From Eledone cirrhosa (lineage: Eukaryota): a stretch of DNA of 64,000 bases. Shown here piece after piece: positions 51,930 to 64,000 of this stretch; within the stretch, counting starts at the first letter, position 1; every line of letters begins with the position of its first letter. The notes beneath the pieces were generated by a model. The model was not told where the DNA came from, did no database searches, and saw only the letters and a list, made by a program, of their open reading frames with translations. A program made the position numbers and the translations under genes. The stretch is taken from positions 9,238,001 to 9,302,000 of the forward strand of contig OZ024749.1 in the NCBI GenBank assembly GCA_964016885.1. The letters run 5' to 3'.

Positions 51930-54900
51930 GGTGGGTGGTAGACCACATTGGAGATGGTAGGTGGTAGACCACATTGGAGATGGTAGGTGGTAGACCACAT
52001 TGGAGATGGTGGGTGGTAGACCACATTGGATATGGTGGGTGGTGGGTGGTAGACCACATTGGATATGGTGGGTGGTGGGTGGTAGACCACATTGGATATG
52101 GTGGGTGGTGGGTGGTAGACCACATTGGATATGGTGGGTGGTGGGTGGTAGACCACATTGGAGATGGTAGGTGGTAGACCACATTGGAGATGGTAGGTGG
52201 TAGACCACATTGGATATGGTGGGTGGTGGGTGGTAGACCACATTGGATATGGTGGGTGGTGGGTGGTAGACCACATTGGATATGGTGGGTGGTGGGTGGT
52301 AGACCACATTGGATATGGTGGGTGGTGGGTGGTAGACCACATTGGAGATGGTAGGTGGTAGACCACATTGGATATGGTGGGTGGTGGGTGGTAGACCACA
52401 TTGGAGATGGTGGGTGGTGGGTGGTAGACCACATTGGATATGGTGGGTGGTGGGTGGTAGACCACATTGGAGATGGTGGGTGGTGGGTGGTAGACCACAT
52501 TGGAGATGGTAGGTGGTAGACCACATTGGAGATGGTGGGTGGTAGACCACATTGGAGATGGTGGGTGGTAGGTGGTAGACCACATTGGAGATGGTGGGTG
52601 GTAGACCACATTGGAGATGGTGGGTGGTAGACCACATTGGAGATGGTGGGTGGTAGGTGGTAGACCACATTGGATATGGTGGGTGGTGGGTGGTAGACCA
52701 CATTGGAGATGGTGGGTGGTAGACCACATTGGAGATGGTGGGTGGTAGGTGGTAGACCACATTGGAGATGGTGGGTGGTAGACCACATTGGAGATGGTGG
52801 GTGGTGGGTGGTAGACCACATTGGAGATGGTGGGTGGTAGACCACATTGGAGATGGTGGGTGGTAGACCACATTGGAGATGGTGGGTAGTAGACCACATT
52901 GGAGATGGTGGGTGGTAGACCACATTGGAGATGGTGGGTGGTGGGTGGTAGACCACATTGGAGATGGTAGGTGGTAGACCACATTGGAGATGGTGGGTGG
53001 TGGGTGGTAGACCACATTGGAGATGGTAGGTGGTAGACCACATTGGAGATGGTGGGTGGTAGACCACATTAGAGATGGTAGGTGGTAGACCACATTGGAG
53101 ATGGTAGGTGGTAGACCACATTGGAGATGGTGGGTGGTAGACCACATTGGAGATGGTGGGTGGTAGACCACATTGGAGATGGTGGGTGGTAGACCACATT
53201 GGACATGGTGGGTGGTAGGTGGTAGACCACATTGGACATGGTGGGTGGTAGGTGGTAGACCACATTGGAGATGGTAGGTGGTAGACCACATTGGAGATGG
53301 TGGGTGGTAGACCACATTGGAGATGGTGGGTGGTAGACCACATTGGAGATGGTGGGTGGTAGACCACATTGGAGATGGTGGGTGGTAGACCACATTGGAC
53401 ATGGTGGGTGGTAGACCACATTGGAGATGGTGGGTGGTAGACCACATTGGAGATGGTGGGTGGTAGGTGGTAGACCACATTGGACATGGTGGGTGGTAGG
53501 TGGTAGACCACATTGGAGATGGTGGGTGGTAGGTGGTAGACCACATTGGAGATGGTAGGTGGTAGACCACATTGGAGATGGTGGGTGGTAGACCACATTG
53601 GACATGGTGGGTGGTAGGTGGTAGACCACATTGGAGATGGTAGGTGGTAGACCACATTGGAGATGGTGGGTGGTAGGTGGTAGACCACATTGGAGATGGT
53701 AGGTGGTAGACCACATTGGACATGGTGGGTGGTAGGTGGTAGACCACATTGGAGATGGTAGGTGGTAGACCACATTGGAGATGGTGGGTGGTAGACCACA
53801 TTGGACATGGTGGGTGGTAGACCACATTGGAGATGGTAGGTGGTAGACCACATTGGAGATGGTAGGTGGTAGACCACATTGGAGATGGTGGGTGGTAGAC
53901 CACATTGGAGATGGTAGGTGGTAGACCACATTGGAGATGGTAGGTGGTAGACCACATTGGAGATGGTGGGTGGTAGACCACATTGGAGATGGTAGGTGGT
54001 AGACCACATTGGAGATGGTGGGTGGTAGACCACATTGGACACGGTGGGTGGTAGACCACATTGGAGATGGTGGGTGGTAGACCACATTGGAGATGGTAGG
54101 TGGTAGACCACATTGGAGATGGTGGGTGGTAGACCACATTGGAGATGGTAGGTGGTAGACCACATTGGAGATGGTGGGTGGTAGACCACATTGGAGATGG
54201 TAGGTGGTAGACCACATTGGAGATGGTGGGTGGTAGACCACATTGGAGATGGTAGGTGGTAGACCACATTGGAGATGGTGGGTGGTAGACCACATTGGAG
54301 ATGGTAGGTGGTAGACCACATTGGAGATGGTGGGTGGTAGACCACATTGGAGATGGTGGGTGGTAGACCACATTGGAGATGGTAGGTGGTAGACCACATT
54401 GGAGATGGTGGGTGGTAGACCACATTGGAGATGGTAGGTGGTAGACCACATTGGAGATGGTGGGTAGTAGACCACATTGGAGATGGTGGGTGGTAGACCA
54501 CATTGGAGATGGTGGGTGGTAGACCACATTGGAGATGGTGGGTGGTAGACCACATTGGAGATGGTGGGTAGTAGACCACATTGGAGATGGTGGGTGGTAG
54601 ACCACATTGGAGATGGTGGGTGGTAGACCACATTGGAGATGGTGGGTGGTAGACCACATTGGAGATGGTAGGTAGTAGACCACATTGGAGATGGTGGGTG
54701 GTAGACCACATTGGAGATGGTGGGTGGTAGACCACATTGGAGATGGTGGGTGGTAGACCACATTGGAGATGGTGGGTGGTAGACCACATTGGAGATGGTG
54801 GGTGGTAGACCACATTGGAGATGGTGGGTGGTAGACCACATTGGAGATGGTGGGTGGTGGGTGGTAGACCACATTGGAGATGGTGGGTGGTGGGTGGTAG

Positions 54901-55565
54901 ACCACATTGGAGATGGTGGGTGGTAGACCACATTGGAGATGGTGGGTGGTAGACCACATTGGAGATGGTGGGTGGTAGACCACATTGGAGATGGTGGGTA
55001 GTAGACCACATTGGAGATGGTGGGTTGTAGACCACATTGGAGATGGTGGGTGGTAGACCACATTGGAGATGGTGGGTGGTAGACCACATTGGAGATGGTG
55101 GGTGGTAGACCACATTGGAGATGGTGGGTGGTAGACCACATTGGAGATGGTGGGTGGTAGACCACATTGGAGATGGTAGGTGGTAGGTGGTAGACCACAT
55201 TGGAGATGGTGGGTGGTAGACCACATTGGAGATGGTGGGTGGTGGGTGGTAGACCACATTGGAGATGGTGGGTGGTGGGTGGTAGACCACATTGGAGATG
55301 GTGGGTGGTAGGTGGTAGACCACATTGGAGATGGTGGGTGGTAGGTGGTAGACCACATTGGAGATGGTGGGTGGTAGGTGGTAGACCACATTGGAGATGG
55401 TGGGTGGTAGGTGGTAGACCACATTGGATATGGTGGGTGGTAGGTGGTAGACCACATTGGAGATGGTGGGTGGTAGACCAGATTGGAGATGGTGGGTGGT
55501 AGACCACATTGGAGGTGGTGGGTGGTAGACCACATTGGAGATGGTGGGTGGTAGACCACATTGGA
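51930..55565. repeat. 26/33-bp minisatellite, 3.6 kb
   Basis: Unit TGGTAGACCACATTGGAGATGGTGGG with an optional extra TGGT(A/G)GG; explains the >1200-aa periodic ORFs. Confidence 0.98.
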
Positions 55566-55618
55566 ATTTGAACTCAGAATGCAAAGAGCCAAAATTAATA
55601 TTCATAAATGATGAATAA

Positions 55619-55719
55619 GACTGGTGCAGCAGTATTCTTATAAATTGCTACAAAGTTAAAGGGGATGCTCTGGAGAGGATCACTTATAGGGGCATAAAAC
55701 TGATGGAGCAGGTTATGAA
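55619..55719 (+). mobile_element. RTE reverse transcriptase fragment
   Basis: DWCSSILINCYKVKGDALERITYRGIKLMEQVM matches the RTE motif YKGKGD...NYRGIKL. Confidence 0.75.
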
Positions 55720-55723
55720 CAGT

Positions 55724-56013
55724 AAAATAGAAATATGTTTCACCATAACATTTGGCTAAATAAAATAGTCTAATAACAAAATGCATAAACTCGCTGAACT
55801 GAAAAAGATGGGTATCATCACACATGGGAGTTGAACCCACACTGCTTATTTGCCAGATGAGTATGTTACCATTATGTCCAGCAAACAAGAGGTACAGCTT
55901 CGACTCCCATGTGTGATTATACCCATCTTTTTCTGTTCAGTGGCTTTATACAACTTGTTATTAGATTTTATTATTTAGTCAAACACTACGGTGAACCCTT
56001 CTATTTCTATTTT
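55724..56013. repeat. Imperfect ~110-bp inverted repeat with B-box-like inner ends
   Basis: AAGATGGGTATCATCACACATGGGAGTTGAA versus TTCGACTCCCATGTGTGATTATACCCATCTT; arms extend to AAAATAGAAATA / TATTTCTATTTT. Confidence 0.8.
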
Positions 56014-56109
56014 AATTTTCAAACTTTGCCACTTTCTAAACATACTTCCTTTATATGTAGATTGAAACTAGGTCTGTAGTTTAACTAGAGGCTCTGTTTA
56101 CACTTCAAA

Positions 56110-57720
56110 TCTAACCCCAGGCTCTCTTTGAACAACAAATTTAACAACAGGCTCTCTTAAGACAACAAGGCTAACCTCAGACTCTATTTAGACAACAAGT
56201 CTAACCACAGATTCTATTTAGACAACAAATCTAACTACAGACTCTGTATAGACCACAAGGCTAACCACAGACTCTATTTATACAACAAGGCTAACCACAG
56301 ATTCTATTTAGACAACAAATCTAACCACAGACTCTATATAGACCACAAGGCTAACCTCAGACTCTATTTAGAAAACAAGGCTAACCATAGACTCTGTATA
56401 GACCACAAGGCTAACCTCAGACTCTATTTAGACCACAAGGCTAACCACAGACTCTATTTAGACAACAAGGCTAACCACAGACTCTATTTAGACAACAAGG
56501 CTAACCATAGACTCTGTATAGACCACAAGGCTAACCTCAGACTCTATTTAGACAACAAGGCTAACCACAGACTCTATTTAGACAACAAGGCTAACCACAG
56601 ACTCTATTTAGACAACAAGGCTAACCACAGACTCTATTTAGACAACAAGGCTAACCACAGACTCTATTTAGACAACAAGGCTAACCATAGACTCTGTATA
56701 GACCACAAGGCTAACCTCAGACTCTATTTAGACAACAAGGCTAACCACAAACTCTATTTAGACAACAAGGATAACCACAGACTCTATTTAGACAACAAAT
56801 CTAACCACAGACTCTATTTAGACAACAAGGCTAACCACAGACTCTATTTAGACAACAAGGCTAACCACAGATTCTATTTAGACAACAAATCTAACTACAG
56901 ACTCTGTATAGACCACAAGGCTAACCACAGACTCTATTTATACAACAAGGCTAACCACAGATTCTATTTAGACAACAAATCTAACCACAGACTCTATATA
57001 GACCACAAGGCTAACCTCAGACTCTATTTAGAAAACAAGGCTAACCATAGACTCTGTATAGACCACAAGGCTAACCTCAGACTCTATTTAGACCACAAGG
57101 CTAACCACAGACTCTATTTAGACAACAAGGCTAACCACAGACTCTATTTAGACAACAAGGCTAACCATAGACTCTGTATAGACCACAAGGCTAACCTCAG
57201 ACTCTATTTAGACAACAAGGCTAACCACAGACTCTATTTAGACAACAAGGCTAACCACAGACTCTATTTAGACAACAAGGCTAACCACAGACTCTATTTA
57301 GACAACAAGGCTAACCACAGACTCTATTTAGACAACAAGGCTAACCATAGACTCTGTATAGACCACAAGGCTAACCTCAGACTCTATTTAGACAACAAAT
57401 CTAACCACAGACTCTATTTAGACAACAAGGATAACCACAGACTCTATTTAGACAACAAATCTAACCATAGACTCTGTATAGACCACAAGGCTAACCTCAG
57501 ACTCTATTTAGACAACAAGGCTAACCACAGACTCTATTTAGACAACAAGGATAACCACAGACTCTATTTAGACAACAAATCTAACCACAGACTCTGTATA
57601 GACCACAAGGCTAACCACAGACTCTATTTAGATCACAAGGCTAAGCACAGACTCTATTTAGACCACAAACTTAACTACAGGCTATTTTTAGATTAGTCTA
57701 ACCACAGGCTCTGTATAGAG
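56110..57720. repeat. 30-bp minisatellite with 660-bp higher-order duplication
   Basis: Unit GACAACAAGGCTAACCACAGACTCTATTTA. The variant pattern at 56221-56700 recurs at 56881-57360. Confidence 0.97.
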
Positions 57721-57839
57721 AATGAGGCTAAAGATTAAGTATATCCATGTTTACCCATTCAGAATTTATCTATCCCTATATCTATGTGTCTGTCTGTCAG
57801 GAATCTATCTACCTTTCCATCTAACTATCAATCTAACTG

Positions 57840-57920
<81 letters not shown>

Positions 57921-57941
57921 GTGTCTCACAATCAATCTAAC

Positions 57942-57987
<46 letters not shown>

Positions 57988-58007
57988 ATATATATATATA
58001 TACACAC

Positions 58008-58038
<31 letters not shown>

Positions 58039-58060
58039 AATATATATATACATATATATG

Positions 58061-58137
<77 letters not shown>

Positions 58138-58234
58138 ATGAAAAGTATAGAAATTATTATGAGCAAGAAGCACACAGTATTTCATAATATATAATATATA
58201 TATATATATATATATAATATATATATATATAATA

Positions 58235-58323
<89 letters not shown>

Positions 58324-59419
58324 ATGTGTATATATATTTATATACATACATATATATATACACATATTCACACATATTTGTGTGTGAATATGTGTGACTA
58401 TTTGTGTATCTCTATTTATCTATCCATTGTCCATTAAGTATTTATCTAGCAAAACCACAGACGGCTGTGCGACATATCAAATAAACCTGTCTCCATATCT
58501 TCTTTTTTTCAAATCTGATAAAATTCTTATCGGAAATAGAACTTTATTTAATCATCAATATCTTACTTTGTGGGTATTTACTCTAGTGTGCTTACATGTG
58601 TTGTGTGTCCGCATGTATCATATATATATATGTGTGTGTGTCTATATAATATATATATATTCGTCCAGACCCATGCTAGCGTGGAAGATGGACGTTAAAC
58701 GATGATGATGATGATGTGTGTTTGTATATAAACCCATGCTTGTGTGGAAGATAGACGTTAAACCATATGTGTGTGTGTCTATATAATATATATATATATT
58801 CGTCCAGACCCATGCTAGCGTGGAAGATGGACGTTAAACGATGATGATGATGATGTGTGTTTGTATATAAACCCATGCTAGTGTAGAAGATAGACGTTAA
58901 ACGATATGTGTGTGTGTGTATATAATATATATATATATAGATGTGTGTTTATATATATAATATATATGTGTGCACACAATGTGTGTATATTTATATATAT
59001 GTATATATATATTGTTATACTTGGGGAGGGTCATATTGTTATAATAATATTGCCAGAATTAATATATATATATAAGTGTATAAACAAAATAAAAGAGCAC
59101 TCAATACATGATGTAGAGTTTACTATTATTAAGTACAACTACCAGTGTGTGACTTGTTCCATTGTTACTCAGAAGATATTTAACCCTTTACTATTTACAT
59201 TACTCTACATATACTGTTGTATTTTCATAGTAAAGTCTTTATCTCATATAATATCTCACATAATATCGAATCTATGAGCGTTTGGTATTATTTCTTTTGA
59301 GAACAATACCTTAACATCAGTATGAGTGGCTAGTTATGGCCGGTTTGAACAGAAAGAGGTGAGATAATTGTGGCCAGATACAGCTGGTTTAAATGTTCTG
59401 TCAGTGATGACATATGGAA

Positions 59420-59750
59420 GTGAGACATGAGTGCTCAACTCCACCACTGCAGAGACACTTGAAGTGGCTCAACATAAAATGGAGTGAATCATGCTTGGTG
59501 TCAGACTAACACCTGGACTTGACAGCAGACTGGAGTGAACGGCATAATTGAGGCCATGAAGAAGGCAAACATAGGTAGGCTTGCCAACACCGTCTCTCAT
59601 CTCAGAGATAACAGGGGGACTATTAGAGTGACAGAGTGGACACCTGGGTAGTAAGGAAGAACCAGAGAGCAGACAAAGGCAAGATGGCACGATGATCTGA
59701 CCAAATAGTATAGCGAGAGGTAGGAAGTGGTAGGGGTCAACCAGGTAGAG
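59420..59750 (+). mobile_element. Degraded RTE LINE 3' fragment
   Basis: Translates in pieces to AETLEVAQHKME..MLGVRL, RDNRGTIRVTEW and ARWHDDL, followed by a (CAT)n/(CAC)n tail. Confidence 0.6.
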
Positions 59751-60289
59751 TTCCTTCAATCATCATCATCACCACCACCACCACCACCACCACCACCACC
59801 ACCATCATTATCATCACCATCATCATCATCACCACCACCACCATCATCATCATCATCACCATCACCATCACCACCAGCACCACCACCACCATAATCATCA
59901 CCATCACCACCACTACCACCACCACCACCACCACCACCAGCACCACCACCACCACCATGATGATCATCATCATCATCATGTTTACATCTTTATTTCCATG
60001 CTTGCATTTTCACAGTAAAGGCTTTACCTCACATAATTATCTCACATAACATTTACATTACTCTATATTTACTATTGTATGTTCACAGTAAAAGCTTTAC
60101 CTCACATAATATCTCACATAACATTTACATTACTCTATATATACTATTGTGCTTTCATGGTAAAGGCTTTACCTCACATAATATCTCACATAACATTTAC
60201 ATTACTCTATATTTACTATTGTATGTTCACAGTAAAAGCTTTACCTCACATAATATCTCACATAACATTTACATTACTCTATATATAAA

Positions 60290-60445
60290 AATAGACGGTA
60301 GCCACGGAGTAGGCAGACCCAGAAAAACATGGGACGAGCTGATAAATTCCGACCTCACACGCTTACACCTCTCCAAGACAATGTCACTGGACCGAGACCT
60401 TTGGCGGTACTCAGTAATAGAGAAGACCCGCCTTACCTAAATACA
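60290..60445 (+). mobile_element. RTE LINE 3' fragment
   Basis: GVGRPRKTWDELINSDLTRLHLSKTMSLDRDLWR. Confidence 0.75.
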
Positions 60446-60609
60446 AAGTAAAAACCTACTACAGTCAGTAGGCATCTCTATCAAAACACCCCCCCGTCCC
60501 ACCACCTCCACCCCATCCACACCGCCCCTTTCAATGTAAAGTTATGTTGGTCCCACAACATCCAGGCCGAGACAAATGAGATCGTGTAGGTGTCACGATA
60601 AAAAAACAC

Positions 60610-61065
60610 ACAGTCCACGCTGTAAATGTGGCCGTGTAGGCAACACGGTAAAAACCTCCCAGCCCCACACTGTAAATGTGGTTGGTGTTAGGAAGGGCAT
60701 CCAGCTGTAGAAAACCCGCCAGACAGTCCACGCTGTAATGTGGCCGTGTAGGCAACACGGTAAAAACCTCCCAGCCCCACACTGTAAATGTGGTTGGTGT
60801 TAGGAAGGGCATCCAGCTGTAGAAAACCCGCCAGACAGTCCACGCTGTAATGTGGCCGTGTAGGCAACACGGTAAAAACCTCCCAGCCCCACACTGTAAA
60901 TGTGGTTGGTGTTAGGAAGGGCATCCAACTGTAGAAAATCCGCCAGACAGTCCTATGCGAGCAAGACAACCACTCTTGCCTCAAGTGGGAAAACCCCCGT
61001 CCAAACCCATGCAAGCGTGGAACACGGACGCTAAACCTGATGATGATGATGATGATGATGATGAT
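60610..61065 (+). mobile_element. SINE 3' half with ~113-bp internal segment triplicated
   Basis: Three copies of CAGTCCACGCTGTAA...GAAAACCCGCCAGA. The single-copy version is at 28570-28790. Confidence 0.85.
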
Positions 61066-61313
61066 ACTATTGTGCTTTCATGGTAAAGGCTTTACCTCAC
61101 ATAATATCTCACATAACATTTACATTACTCTATATATACTATTGTGTTTTCATGGTAAAGACTTTACCTCACATAATTATCTCACATAACATTTACATTA
61201 CTCTATAATTACTATTGTGTTTTCATGGTAAAGACTTTACCTCACATAATTATCTCACATAATATCGAATCTACGAGATTTTGATGTTCTTTATTTTGAG
61301 AATAATACCTTAA

Positions 61314-61534
61314 CCCTTTAGCATTTAAACCGGTCATATCCAGCCAGAACTCTCTCACCTCTTTCTATTCAAACCAACTTTGACCAGCCACTTATACCTA
61401 TATTAAGGTATTGTTCTCAAAATAAATAACATCAAAATCTCATAGCTTCGATATTATGTGAGGTAAGTATGTGGGGTAAAGCATTTACCATGAAAATACA
61501 ATAGTAAATATAGAATAATGTAAATGCTAAAGGG
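61314..61534. mobile_element. piggyBac-type MITE nested in an opposite-orientation copy of its own family
   Basis: TTAA(61310-61313)|CCCTTTAGCATTTA...TAAATGCTAAAGGG|TTAA(61535-61538). Confidence 0.85.
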
Positions 61535-62011
61535 TTAATGTCAGTATGAGCAGCAAGTTAAGGCCGGTTTAAATGCTAAAGGTGTTAAACCCAGTTTTTG
61601 TCTCATTTCATCGAAGCTCTGCCTGCATGCATACCTGAAACCCTTAACAAAAGCATGGCACATACTACAATGTTACACTCAATTGCAGATGAGAGCTCTA
61701 ATTTTTACCTTTAGTGTATAGCATGCCGGCAGATTTTAACAAACTTTGGTGGTACTACAAATGTATCTTATACGCAAGAACATATGACCAGTACTTGTTG
61801 ATGTATATAACCTCTCTGTAAAATATCTGTGACTTTCTGTCAATGTTACATATCTCTATTTAGTTTCAATATTTCATTTATGAAATAACATTTTCTTTAC
61901 AAAAAGAAAATCAATTTTAAAAAATTTGTTTTCCCAGACATTACACCGATAATTTCCCACTTTCCCAAGTGCTTTATCGGCGTATTTCGCTTTTAAATAT
62001 ATATTTCTTAA

Positions 62012-62475
62012 CATACATACTTTATATACCTCCACCTTCTCCCTTACATACTTTATATACCTCCTCCTTCCCCCTTACATACTTTATATACCTACCTCCA
62101 CCTTCTCCCTTACATACTTTATATACCTCCTCCTTCCCCCTCCTCAGATACTTTATATACCCCCCCCCCCACACACTTTATATACCTCCTCCTCACATAC
62201 TTTGTATACCTCCTCCCCCCACTTTAAATGCCTACCTCCTCCTTCCCCCTCACATACTTTATATACCTCCTCCTTCCCCTTAGATAATTTATATACCTCC
62301 TCCTTCCCCCTTAGATACTTTATATACCTACCACCTCCCTTACATACTTTATATACCTCCTCCTTCCCCCCACACATACTTTATATACCTCCTCCTTCCC
62401 CCTCCTCAGATACTTTATATACCTCCCCTCCCCCCACTTTATATACCTCCTCCTCCCCCCTCACACTTTATTTAT
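62012..62475. repeat. Degenerate ~30-bp minisatellite (ATACTTTATATACCTCCTCCTTCCCC)
   Basis: Direct inspection. Confidence 0.85.
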
Positions 62476-62819
62476 CTACCCCCTCCAACACTATCTCTAC
62501 TGCCTATCTACCTCCTCCCCATCCCACACTATCTCTACTGCCTATCTACCTCCTCCCCCTCCCACACTATCTCTACTGCCTATCTACCTCCACCTCCCCC
62601 ACACTTTATCTCTACTGCCTATCTATCTACAGCTATCTATTTATCTATCTGCCTATCTTTCTATATCTATCTACACACATTTCTATGCATCTGCCTCTCC
62701 GTTTCTTTGTCTATACATCTCTCTCTCTCTCTCTATCTATCTATTGCACAAACACACACATATTTTTGTATGTGTGTGTATATATATATATATATCATCA
62801 TCCTCATCATCATCATCAT

Positions 62820-63175
62820 TATCATTTTACGTCCGCTTTTCCCTGCTTACAAGGATGGGACGGGTCCTATTCAGCACAGCATCTCTCCACTTGTCACGGT
62901 TCTTCGTCATCTCCTCGGTGAGTTTCAGCGATCTGAGGTCTGTTCTTACCACCTCCGCCCATGTTTTTCGTGGTCTACCTCTACTGCGTCATCCTTCTAC
63001 TGAGATTTCTTGGCACTTCTTTACCCAGCAGTCATCCTCCATGCGCATCACCTGTCCATACCATCTCAGCCTTCTCTCCCACACACCACTACTTATCCCT
63101 CTTATACCCAGTTTCTTTCTCAACTCGTCTATGCTTGGTCGTTCACACACATTGGCATTGCACATCCAACGGAGA
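62820..63175 (-). mobile_element. RTE LINE 3' fragment with SINE-A-type tail
   Basis: Minus strand encodes RLRWYGQVMRM..RGRPRKTWAEVVRTDLRSLKLTEEMTKNRDKWR and ends GCAGGGAAAAGCGGACGTAAAATGATAATGATG. Confidence 0.8.
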
Positions 63176-63244
63176 GCATACTTGCTTTATTTCTCTCCAG
63201 ATACATATATACATATACATATATATATATATATATGTATATTT

Positions 63245-63294
<50 letters not shown>

Positions 63295-63750
63295 TACATG
63301 AATCAAAGTTCTGTTCAAATCATTTATTCGCTTACAATTGTTTCTTCCAAACCGAGGTTTGGAGTCTTCGGAGCAATTTTTCAATGATTGTTTACATACA
63401 TGACCTCCTTTTCAACACAAGAGACATACAGAAACATATGTATATATTGATGCACAGTGGGTTGACTTCCATTATAATATTTAAGCATGGCAGGTTTACA
63501 TTAAAAGATTAAAGTCATATTAAAAGAAAAGAAAATTACAACAAAATTAAAGTTATAATACAACATTGGCAGTTTACGAAGATGATGCAGGAGGATAGTT
63601 AGAAGTAGTTAGTTACACGTGGGGCATGCATGTGTGTCCTATTTATATAAGATTATAGTGCAGTAATGTGTTATATGGAATATAAGCACTTTAAGCGGGC
63701 AATCAAGAGTATTATGGGGGTTGTATATTATTTTATATGTATGATATAGA

Positions 63751-63856
63751 AGCTTGTGTGCAGAGAAATATTTAAAATATTAAGAATGAGAAGCAAAACA
63801 GTGGTGTTTTGCTTCTCATTCTTAATATTTTAAATATTTCTCTGTACACAAGCTTA
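63751..63856. repeat. ~105-bp near-perfect palindrome
   Basis: AGCTTGTGTGCAGAGAAATATTTAAAATATTAAGAATGAGAAGCAAAACA gtgg TGTTTTGCTTCTC...GTACACAAGCT, followed by (TA)n. Confidence 0.92.
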
Positions 63857-64000
63857 TATATATATATATATATATATATATTCTTCCTCACTTTTCGTTG
63901 CTTCACCATCTTTGTTTGTTTACACTCTCGTGTCCCCTTTATTTACGTGTCCCAACGACTTTTTTTAGCCGTTGCTCGCACCAACCGGAGGTATATGGTC

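Noticed and set aside
51884-55605. >1200-aa ORFs and a CRISPR-like regular repeat
   Set aside because: Pure 26/33-bp tandem repeat with no unique spacers and no cas genes, in a eukaryotic context.
61590-63410. Possible minus-strand micro-exons near 61.6-61.8 kb and 63.35-63.41 kb
   Set aside because: Could not be assembled into a consistent, recognisable reading frame.

Overview
This is eukaryotic, repeat-saturated DNA. The (AT)n, (GATA)n and (CAT)n tracts, tRNA-derived SINEs with RTE-type tails and very long introns suggest a cephalopod (octopus-like) genome, which is an inference. Almost all ORFs in the track are artefacts of microsatellites or minisatellites. The one confidently recognised host coding segment is the first coding exon of ANKRD39 (minus strand, 45018-45296). 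A possible 3' end of an unidentified plus-strand gene lies at about 4.4-10.2 kb. Mobile DNA includes three L1/Tx1-type LINE copies sitting in (GATA)n tracts, a CRE-type restriction-like-endonuclease retrotransposon in ANKRD39 intron 1, a Penelope GIY-YIG remnant, RTE fragments, SINEs, TTAA-flanked MITEs and a Helitron-type element. The most striking signal is RNA structure. There are several type I hammerhead ribozymes and fold-back palindromes in Penelope-like repeats. Two diverged copies (28.2 kb and 42.6 kb) contain a complete hammerhead core whose three strands occur in an order that is not a circular permutation of types I/II/III, supported by compensatory base changes.
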